NCBI RefSeq assembly: GCF_009834535.1
Contig: NC_045697.1
Location: 70,248,001 to 70,312,000, forward strand
From: Camelus ferus
Taxonomy: Eukaryota
DNA length: 64,000 nucleotides
Reading direction: 5' to 3'
Below, one piece after another: positions 13,201 through 25,200 of the stretch. The position numbers and the translations under genes are program-made. Under the pieces are notes generated by a model. The model worked only from the letters and a program-made list of their open reading frames with translations, was not told where the DNA came from and made no database searches. Numbering within the stretch: the first letter of the stretch is position 1; each line of letters starts with the position of its first letter.

Positions 13201-16200
13201 CTCTATATACTAAAAGGACTATTTCAAGTTCATAATGTTGTTACTTTTTAAACTATTAGTTATTGGCAACTCAATTCTATTTTTAAGGCTTTGCCTTAAA
13301 AAAACCACTTTCAAACATTATATTTTATAAGATATTTTTGAAATACTGTCATAATTCATAATTATATGTATAAGACTATTCTATCCACTGTGCCTAGAGT
13401 AATTTTCTATTCATTTACTTTGTGCTACACCTATAATCAAGATTTTTGGTTCCCTATTATCTAAAGAATTAAAACTAAAATTTATTTTTGTATTCCAAAG
13501 CATTACAAAATACATTTCCATCTCATTTACTTCACTAAAATATATCTTCTACTTTATTCGTTTTCCTTTAATTACACTTTTTATTTTGAAGTTAACTTTA
13601 GATTCACATGAAGTTGTAAGAAGTAATACAGAGATCCCTTCTACCTGTTACCTAATTTCCTCCAATGATCGTATCTTATACAATTATAGCACAGGATCCA
13701 GATAGGACACTGACATTGACATAATCAGTACACAGAACATTTCCATCACCATCCCCAGGTTGCCCTTTAATAACCACACCCACTTCCTTCTACTCCGTCC
13801 CCTCTTTAACTGCCCACAACCATTAACCACTTCTATAATTTTGGCATTTCAAGAATGCTATATAAATGGAACAATAAAGTATATAAATAAAATCAATCAG
13901 CATAATTCTCTGGACATCAATCCAGGTTGTTAAGTAACCCATTCATTCCTTCCTATTGCTGAGTAGTTTTCCAGAGTCTGGAAGTGCCACTGTTTGTTTC
14001 ACTAATCACCCACTGAACAACATCTGAGTTGTTTCTTGTTTTTGGTTACTACAAATAAACTGTACACTCATGTCCAGGTTGATATGTAAACATAAATTTT
14101 CATTTCTGGGATAAATTCCCAGAAACACAATTTCTGGGTTGTCTGTTAGCTGAATACTTAACTTTGTGAGAACTGCCAAACTGTTTTACAGAGTGACTAG
14201 GTCATGTCATATCACATCAGCAATGTACAAGTGATCCAGTTTCTCTGCATCCATACCAGTATTTGGTGTTGTTACCATTGTTCTATTTTAACCATTCTGA
14301 TAGATGTGTAGTCATATCTCATCTTGGTTTTACTTTGTATTATCTCTAATGGCTAAGGAATAATGTTGAAAATCTTTTCATACACTTATTTGCCATCTGT
14401 ATATAGTCTTTAATGGGATGTCTCTTCATGTCTCTTACCCAATTTCTAATTGGATTGTCTGCTTTTTAAATTTTGGGCTTGGGGAGTTCTTTATATATTC
14501 TAGATATTAGTCCTTTGTTGTCAGATGTGTGCTTGGGAAATATTTTCTCCTATTTCATTGCTTGTCTTTTCCTCCACCTCATAGCATCTCTGCTATGAAA
14601 ATTTTTTTGATGAAGTTCAACTTACCTACTTTTCTTTTTATAAGCTGTCTGGTGTTAAATCTAAGAAATCATTGCATAGCCCAAGATTGTGAAGATTTGT
14701 TCCCATGATTTTTTGCTAAAAGTTAAAAAAGTGTTGTTTTATATACATTCAAGATTCATTTTGAATTCATTCTTACATAAAGCATGAGATTTATGTAAAG
14801 GTTACTTTTTTGTTGTTGTTTTGCTTATGAATGTACAGCTACTTCAAAACCGTCTGCTGAAAAGCCTGTTTCCTCCACTGAATTGTTTCGGCACCTTCAT
14901 CATATTTGCATAGGTTCCCTGTCCTGTTCCACTGATGTGTCTATCTCTCTGCCAAAATCACGCTGTTTTGATAACTGTAGCTATAAAGTAGGTCCTAAAA
15001 TCAAGTACACTGATTGCTCCTACTTGATTCTCTCAATAAATCATTTTGATTTAACCAGGTTCTTCATCTTTCTATATGAATTTTAGAAAAAACTTCCTTT
15101 TATCTACAAAGTCTTGCTAGGATTTTGACAGGAATTGTATTAAATATGTGTATCAACTTGGGGAGACTTGACATCTTTACTGCTGTGTCTTCCAATCCAT
15201 AAACATGATGTATCATTACATTTATCTAGATCTTCTCTGATTTCTTTTATTAGTATTGTATAGCTTTCAGCATACAAATCTTATACAAGCTCTATTAAAT
15301 TTACTCCTAAGTATTTCTTGTGTGTGTGATTGTAAACAATAATGTATTTTTAAATTCAGTGTCTACATGTTCACTATTAGTACACAGAAATGCACTAAAC
15401 CACTTCTAAATTGACTTTTGTGTTTATCTTACACACTAAAATCTTGCAGGATTCACTTATCAGTTCTAGGATTTGGGGGGTACATTCTTGGGGACTTTAT
15501 ACATAGTCATATTATTATAAATAGGGACAGTTTGATCTCTTCTTTTCCAATTTGTGTGCCATTTATTTCCTTCTTTCACTTTAATGCACTGATTAGAATT
15601 TCCAACCGTATGCTGAGTAAGAGTGGTGAAAGGGGGACATTCTTGGTTTGTTCCCAGTCTTAGGGGGAAAGTGGTCAGTCTTTCACCATTAAGTATAGTG
15701 TTAAGGTTTTCTATAGTTGCTCTTTTATCAATCTGAGGCAGTTCCTTTCTATTCCCATTTTTCCATCACTGTTTCATTTCCTGTCAGTTTTTATCACGAA
15801 TGAATGGTGAAAAATTTCAAACACTTTTACTGCATTGACTGACGTGGTTAGATTTTTATTTTTTAGCCTATTAAAATAGTGTTATCACAGTGACTGATAT
15901 TCAAATAGTGAGCCAGCTCTGCACCCTTGGAATACACTCTGCTTGTTCAGGATGTATAATTCTTTTTAAAGATTGCTTAATTCTGATATTTTGTTAAGGA
16001 TATTTGGGTTTATTCCATGAAGGATACTAGTCTATAGTTTTTTTCTTTTCTTTTCTTTCCTTTTCTTTTCTGTGGTAGTGTCTTTGATAGCAGGGTAATA
16101 ATTATTTTGTAAGATGGATTGGGAAATCTTTCCTTCTCTTTAAAAGTTTTATAGAATTCTCCAACAAAGATATCTGAGTCAGGAGATCTCTTTGGGGGAG

Positions 16201-19200
16201 TTTTCTTAATTACAAATTTAATTTACTTAACAGTTTTAGGGCTGTTCATATTATCTACTTCAAACTGACTAAGTTCTGATTATCTGCATTTTTTCAAAAA
16301 AACTGGTCCATCTCGTCTAAGTTGCAAACGTACGTGTAGAGCTGTTCGCAGTATTCCCTTATTATCCTGTTGATGTTTGTGGGGTTTGTATGCTTGTTTC
16401 TGATGCTATTTTTTGATAATAGCAATTTCTGTCTTCTTTTTTCCCTTTGTCAGTCTATCAATTTTATTGATCTTTTCAAAGAACTAGTTCTTCTGTTTCT
16501 CTGGTCTTCACTATTGTTTTTCTGATTTCAATTTTATTGATTTTCACTCTCAACGTTTATTTCCTTCCTTCTTGCTTTAGGTATATTCTGCTCTTCTTTC
16601 TCTAGGTTCATGAAGGCTGTTCCTCTTTTCTAATATATGCACTTAGGGTTATAAGTTTCCTCTTGGCACTGCTTTAGCTGGTTCCCTTGTGCCCTCAAAC
16701 TTTGATATGTTGAATTTTTACTCAGTTTAATGTGCTTTTTAAAATAAAATTACCTTGAGACTTCTTTTACCTGTAGATTATTTCTGTGTGTTGTCCAGTT
16801 TCCAAGTGAGTGAACATTTTCCAATTATCTTTCTGTTATTGACTCTATTTTAATACCATCGTGGTCAAAACACACTTTGTATTATTTCAGTTTTTTAACT
16901 TGGTGGAAGTTTATTCTGTGACTCAGGATATGGTCTAATTTGGAGTATGTTCTGAGAACTTGAAAAGAATTTACGGTCTGCTGTTGTTGGATGGAGTGTT
17001 CTACAAATGTTGATTACGTCTTGTTGGGTAATAGTGGTGTTTAATTCTTTTCTATTCTTGCTGATTTTCTATCTAGCTGTTCTATCAAGTGTTCGGAGAA
17101 AAGTGCTTAAGTTTCCAACTATAATTGTGAAGTTGCCTATTTCCCTTTCCAGTTCTATTTTTAATTTACATATTCTGCATCTCTGGTTTTTGGTACGTAC
17201 ACATTTATATTGTTATGTCTTCTTGAAGGACTGCCCCTTTATCATAATATAATGCCTCTCTCTGGTAATTTTTTTAGTCTACATTCTACTTTCTCTGATA
17301 TCAATATAGCCACTCCTGCTTTCTTTTGATTCATGTTTGCATGATAACATCTTTTTCCATCTCTTTACTTTCAGCCTAACTGCTACAAATGGAATGAGTC
17401 TCTTATGGATAACATATAGTTGACATGTTTTTTAAAATTCACTCTGCCTCTGCCAATGTGTCTTTTAATTCATGTATTTAAATCACTTACGCTTACATAA
17501 CTACTGATAAGTTAGAGCTTACGTCTGCCATTTTGTTTTGTTTTCTGTTCTGTTTTCTTTTTCCTGACTCCTCTGAGTTACCTGAACAGTTTTTTAGAAT
17601 TCCGTTTTGATTTATCTAGTGTTTTTGAGTCTATGTCTTTGTATAGTTTTTTAGTGGTTGTTCTAGATAGTATATCCTATATACATTACTTATCACAGCC
17701 TACTGGTGGCATTACTATTTCAAGTGGACTGTGAAATCCTTACTTCTCCGTACATTCCTTATGCTTCCCTTTTTGTAATATAATCAATTGCCTTATATAT
17801 TTTCTCTTCATACATTTAGAACCATATCAAAGAATGTTAAAATTTTTGCTTCAAATGTCAAACATAATTTACAAAGTCAAGAGAAGCAAAGTATATTGCG
17901 TTTATCTATATTTTAGTTTACGATGTTCTCTTTTCCTTCTTGATACTTCAGATTCCTTCTTTTATTGTTTTCTTTCGTTTGGAGAATTTCCTTTAGCTAT
18001 TCTTTTAGGGTAGGTCTGCTAATGACAAATTCTATTTTTTCCTTCATCTGAAGAATATCTTGATTTCTCCTTCATTCCTAAAAGATATTTTTGTTTGGTA
18101 TAGAATTCTGGGTTGACAGTTTCTTTTCTTTCAGTATTGAAAAATGTACCATTTCCTCCTGGCCTGCATGATTTCTAACATGAAATTCACTGTCATTTGA
18201 ACTGCTTTTCCCCTATAGGTAAGGTGTCATTTCTCTTTTGAGCTTTTAAGATTTTTTTTCTTTCTCTTCAGTTTTCAGAAGTTTGACTATTATGTGTCAT
18301 GGTATGGATTTCACTGGACTTATCTCTTTGGAGTTCCTTAAACATCTCAAATTATATTAAATTTATATCTTTTGCCACATATGTAAAGTTTTCAACCTTT
18401 ATTTTTTTGAGTAGTTTTCCAGCTATGCCCTCTTTCTCCTCTTTTTCTAGGACCCTTATGATAAAAATGTTGAATCTTTCATCATAGTCCTACTTATACC
18501 TGAAGTTATGTTCTTTTTTATCTTTCAGTTTACTTTCTTCATTGTTCAGATTGGATAATGTCTATTTTTCTATTCACTAATTTTTTTTTCTCCATCATTC
18601 TGCTGTTTATTCCATTCACTGCTAGTTTTATTTTTTTTTTAATTTTTTATTGATTTATAGTCATTTTACAAGGTTGTGTCATATTTTGGTTTTGTATTTT
18701 TAAGTTGTAAAATTTCCATTTGATTCTTTACACCTTTTGTTTATTTGCTCAGACTTTCTATTTCTTTGCTGAGACTCTTATTCTTCTAAATTTGTTTCAA
18801 GCATCTTTGTAATTGTTCATTGAAGCATTTTTATGATGGACACTTTAAAATATTTGTTAGACAATTTTAACTTTTCTGTCATTTTTATGTGCATATCTGT
18901 TGATTGAATTTTTAAATTCAGCTTGAAGTTTTCTTGGTTCTTAGTATGACAAGTGATTTTCAACTGAAATGTGATCATTTGAAGTTTTATGAGACTGGAT
19001 CTTATCTAAAGCTTCTTTTTAAATGGTCCTACATGGTGCAGGAAGAGAGAATACCACCTTGTTATTCCCAGGTGGGAGGAGAAGTTGAGGTTTCCCCCTT
19101 GGCCTCTGATGACATCTGAAAGGAGAGGCTCCTCATTACTGATGGGCAGGGATGAGATTTCCAGTCCCCAGTCAAGCTTCCACTGGTATCTCCTTGGTTG

Positions 19201-22200
19201 GAAAGAGAAGGGGTGCCTCATTATGGCTCCCTAGGCTTTAATGGCAACACAAGGATATGGTACGTTTACCTCTGGATGATGGTAAAAGTCCTGACTGTCT
19301 CACCAGCCCACTTATGGCACTACCCAAAGGAGGGGAGAGAAACGGATACCTTGTTACTGCCAGGCAGAAGTGGAAGTACCAGCTCCCTACTCAATCTTCT
19401 GTGTTATTACCCCAGTGGGGAGATGAGGGCATCTCATTATAGCCTGGAGAGGGTGACAGTCTAGGTTCTCTACTTAGCCTCTGCTGGTGGGGGTGTAGGT
19501 GTGGCCCCAGTTTTTTCGTGTTATTTGGGTAGAGTAGAATGGCTACTGCTTAAAAGTTTTGCCTTGCTAGGTTGCCCTTTTCCTGGTTGTTTGGCTAGAA
19601 AGAGCAGGCTTTTCTTGGGAAGTGTTTGCGTTCATTGGTATTTCCGGGTGTTCTGCTTCTCCAGAATCCAGTCTAGGAGATAAAAGGAAAGTGAAATCCC
19701 AAACAACTGCCATGTTGTTCTTTGGATCCCACGGTCCCTAGCTGGTCTACCTTCTTCCCTTTGCCTTTCCATTTTCTTAAGTTTGCTTTATTTTATCTAA
19801 TATTCAGTTATACTTGAATGTGAGGAACAGAGAAAAGTAAATCTCTTCCATCTTCCTTAAAGTGGAAGTCCTCACTGATTTTTAAATCACCTCTCTCATT
19901 CTCATACCCAAGTTTCTGCCATCTTCTGTCTTCTCTAACCATAAAAATCATACCCCTCTTGAGAAAACTCTTAATTCTTGCCTATTATATGAAGGCTTCT
20001 CCAATTAGTTTGATTAAAATTCTATTTTATCCTTCTGACTTTTCTTTGGACATCTTTGTTCTGAACTCAGCTACATTCTATCTTCTGAGATATCCCAGGT
20101 AAATCAGTTAATCTCTCTGAACATCAATTTTCTTATTTGTGAAATGATGAAATTGGTTCCTGACTATTTCACAAGATTTTTAATACACATTAAATTTAAA
20201 AAACAGGAATGAAAACATATAAAATGCTTGTCAAGTGTTAGGTTTTACTATTTTTCCAAATGTTCTATGTAAGACTTGTCCCCACTTTGTAAATTACAAA
20301 TTCTTTGAGTAAGAAGTTACCTCATATTTTCTTACATATTTGTCTACAAGAACTAGCCCATAGGGTAGAACCCTCTTTGTTCTTAGAGATTCATTCTAGA
20401 TGTTAAGAATACTGAACTACCAGACCTAGTGCAGACAATAGCATCCAATCCATCATTATTTATCAAGAAAACACATAAACAGTTAATTCATGGCCCTTGT
20501 TATTATATTCATATATATTTCAACAGGCATGGGTACTATTCAAATAGTCTCTGAAATACTTGAGAGTCTTTGAATACGATGTAGACTGGGTATGTTTTGA
20601 AGATATCCACATCAGAGAGAAGGAAAAGGATCCATTTCATTCAAAATTTTTTAAGGTATGTTTATATATACTATGCAAGTCACTCTCTAGATGTAAATAA
20701 AATATTCCCTTCTTTGAGAAACTCACAAACCTAACTACAGAACAAAGAGCCACATAAACTTAAGAGTTAATTTAGTCTACCCTCTCTGATAGTAAGCTGT
20801 TGCTTTTGAAGCTTTACAAAAGACACAAATGAAAATATCTCTTCTATCTAATTTAATTCCTTAAACCAATAACCTCCTCTCTTTTTGTTCTTATAGGAAA
20901 TAGAAAACAAGTGGTTCCCATCTTCTGTAAGAAGTCTTTTGGCAATTACAGGGCAGTAAATCTATACTTACCTCTTATACAAACAACAACAAAAAAACTA
21001 TAGTCTTTGCTTAGAATAAACAGCTTGGTATCTCAAACACAGAAGTTAAGATCAATTGGTTAAAAATAAAATAAGATGATTCAGAAGGTAATGAAAAGAT
21101 CTTGCATGCTGAATGAATGGAACCTGCCATTTCCATGTGATGACACTAGCAGTAATATTTTCTAATTAACTACCTTTGCTCACCAAGCATCTGTGGCTTA
21201 CAATCTGGATTTGCTGTATAGTTTCCACTCAATGAAAACTGGGTTCATCAACCACCTCCTTATTATGATCCTCTTGGGAATTAATAAACTGGTATTCTGA
21301 TATAGAGGTAATCTCCTGTGTATTGAATAATGTGAGCCTTCCCTCTAGAGATGAATCACTACCCACTATGTTGATAAATATTAAGATTCTAGTTTTGCAA
21401 ATTGTAATATTAGACTCTGAAATGTATCACACCAAAGTAAAATCACCTTTGTAAAACACCTCTGGGAGTGTGGGTGACATTTATGTGGCTCACCTCTTCC
21501 AAATGCAACATAAGCTGTAAAAATACCGGTAGATCCACTTACTGTTATTCCAAGACCAATAATGCTAATATGACTTCAGTACAGAAATGGAAGAAAGAGG
21601 CAGTTTATTGTTCTTAACATTGATGAACAATTAATACTGAAATCATCTAACAGATCACAAACTTGAAAATAACTCATTGCCAAATGTTTTTATAAAAACA
21701 AAAAAAATTAAATTAAATGACTTTAATTCATAATGTGAAAAAAGTTTTTTAACTTTGGGGGGAATATGTGCTAAAGTTAGTGTTTTTGAGCAAAGAAGCT
21801 TTTCCTGTACTTTCAACATGCAAAATACTTTTAATTTAAGGAAGCAAACAGAGAAGGCTCTCACCGTCACAGTTACATTTTACTTTCATCAGCATCACTT
21901 TGACAGCTGTTTTTATTGGAATATATTAATAATCCCCAAATGTATTTTGCCTGGTAACTTCCTTTAAGAAATAAAACTGTTTTGGAAACAATTTTAACAG
22001 TATATTTATGAAAGACTAATTGAGTCATCTGTCTCTTAGGAAAATTTAAAAAATGAGTATCTCTTTCCTGTTATTACAAAACCTCAGCATTTCACTGTAA
22101 ATATCATACAGTGGCTCTATGAATGCCAAATTCACAAGAACAATCACAAATTTAAGCATTTTCCTATGAATCAGAAGTTAACTATTATGAATAAATTATG

Positions 22201-25200
22201 TGTAACATGAAATTATAAAATCAGTTCTCTGACACCTATTTAGTAAATTTTCAAAAAAGCTGAAACAATAAGAAAGAAAACAAAGAAACATGAAAAGCAG
22301 CCAAGAGGAAAGAAACATTTCTTAGGAAAAAAAATCACATTAGTTAGAACTACATTTAAAAAGTGCAAAAATTGGCTACAGTTAATAAAAATAAAAACAC
22401 TGGACAGATAGTGATTCCAAGTGATTTTCCAATTCTAGACAATCTCTAATATCTTAAAAACTCACAGAAAGTATATTTTGCTTTTAGTTCTTTTAGAACC
22501 AGCTGGTAATACATTAAAAGCTCATGCATAGTCATCACACTACGTATGTATGGTAAACTAGAAAGAATGCTTGGCTGAGGTAAACTAGAAAGCATGATGC
22601 TTGGGTATCTAGACAATCTATTTAGAACTTTGCCAAAACTGACATGCTGCTTTTGTGAACCCAAACAGCATTTGTTTGGCTCTTGGTATAACAAGTTAAC
22701 AGTGAAGCTTTAAAGAATTTTGAGGACCCTTGCTTATGCTGGCTTCTAAATGTACCAGTCTATAGGCAGATTTTACTATTCTTAAACATTGTAAAGTAGA
22801 TTCTAAAAAGAGCTTAGAAAATTGCTTTAAAAGGTTTACTTTACTTTTAAAAGCATCTGTTGCTCCAGGTGCATGGTTTTTGTCTGGATGAAACTTCAAA
22901 GCAAGCTTTCTATAAGCTTTTTTCAAATCTTCATCACCAGCATCTTTGGTAACTCCAAGTACTTCATAGTAATTTTTACATTTGTTTATGCTGTAAACAA
23001 GAGAGTGTTACATTATAATGTACGTTTCAAGGAAGAACTTCGAGTAATATCTGCAATTTTCATTTATTAGAATAACATAAAGAACCGTCTGTGGATTGTT
23101 TTCTCAATATCAAATAATAGTTTATCTGTTAAGGGTTATTGCCTCATTCTCTTTTTCAACCACAGACCATTCTTCCACCCTCTCTCAGTCCAAGAATTAG
23201 CCATGAGAATGTCCTTGGTGCAATTTATCACAACTACAGAGAGGCAAAGCAAAGCTCATAACAATTGTGGGTAAAGGACAGAGAACACACTGTAACTAAA
23301 ATGAGAGAATAACAGTAATTTTATAGGACTCTTAAGCACATTAAAAAACTCCCAAACTCCTCACAAGTATGTTGCAGCTAAGGATTAATATGCGTTGCAT
23401 TCCAAGAGTTTTGTTGTTGCATAACGTAAGCCTAGCCAAATATCAAAGCAACAGGTTAGTACATGTAAAACAATTACAGTACCCTATGGCTTAAATGTCA
23501 AGGCAAGTTAATCCAGTTAGGCAATGCTAAAAAGAATTAATTTGTGTCATTCTCTGAAAGATAAAATCTCATAACAAAATACATCATGGGACTCAAAATT
23601 ATTTGTTACAGATTTTCATTATGATGAACATACTCTTAAAGATTACTCATATAGTTTATAACCCTAAAGATGTAACATTTAAGCCCTGAGTCTTTGAAGT
23701 ATGTAAGGAAAAGAAATACTTCGAATGGTGCAGAGAACGTTAATTCTTTTGGATACAAACATTTTCCCATGACCTAATAATTTTCCTTCACTAAAATCCA
23801 GGTGCATTTTAAATATTTTTTTTTTTGTCTAGTTCTTTATGACTTTAGATGTGTTCCATTTGAGTGGCTTGATGATAGAGGTAGTAAGAGGAAAAAGGAT
23901 CTGAGGCACAATTGTTCACTGACAGTTAAAGAACTGCAAAGGCTGACTTGAAGTTTTCAAAGAAAAGAGACAAGATTCAGCTTTTTTTACTACTAAGCCT
24001 ATTAGCCATCACAGTGCCTTGTACTTAATAGATTCTCAGTAAATATTTATGGAATAAATGAACCTTAGCTCTCTTTCATAATGAAAGCATTCATCATTTG
24101 TTATATGTACAGGAAAAACAAGAGAACACATTGTTAAGATTAAAGAATTTTTTTTATAGTCACATCAACAAAAATCTGTTATGCAGTCTTCTTCATAGCA
24201 ATAATAATTAAAATCAGATTTTTCTACTTTAGATACTTAATAAATACTAACACAAGTCAATTTTATTTCATAAACACAACACAACGTTTAATTAGTCAAT
24301 ACTATTTACTGGGCACCAACTATGTCCCAAGGCACCTGAGATCTACTAGTGAATGAAAGAGGGAATGATCACTGCCTTTGTAGCCTCATTCTCCTGAAAT
24401 GTTAAGAAACTATAAGACAGGAAAAAAGGGAAGAGGGACATTTACAGAACACCTACTGTGTGTCCGGCACATGTCCACAATCCTATATCCATGTTTCACT
24501 ATCCATAAAGTTCTGAAAAATGAAAGTTATTCTATAACTAATTTCACTTAAAAAACCTGTTTGAAAATCTTCAGAGGCAAAATTTGACCTGAACATATGT
24601 GAAGCTGCTACAGAATCTTCATTTACCACATTCAAGTGTGAGTATGTGTACCTTCTGCTGCAGATATGTGACTACTTGTTACGGGCTGCTTACCAGACTC
24701 TGCTAAGACATTATGTCACACATAATATATGCTCCTTATTCCTCTTCTGAAATATGAAGAATTCTGAGTTCCAAACTACATCTGGGCCACAAAAATTTCA
24801 TATGAAGAGTTGTAGACACTTATTATGCTGACTATTTCACACAAACTATCTCATTTACTCCTTTATGTAGATATTATCCCCATGTAACCAAAGAGGAAAT
24901 CAAGGCTTCGAGTGATTATGTAAATTGCCAAAAGCCATAGGAACCAAGATTTATTTCTTCAACAAAAATTTACTGAACATCTTTTTGCCAGATGCTGTTT
25001 CTGATACTAAAGTGGTGAATAAAACGGTCAAAAAAAATCCCTGTTCACACTACATTTACAATTGGGAGAGAGACAAGCAATGAACAAATATACAAGTAAA
25101 ATACAAAGCATATCATACAGTGATAAATATTTGGAGAAAAATGAAGTGGCAAAGGGAAACAGCGAATGGAAAGAGAGGCCTCCTATTTTAAATAGGGCTA

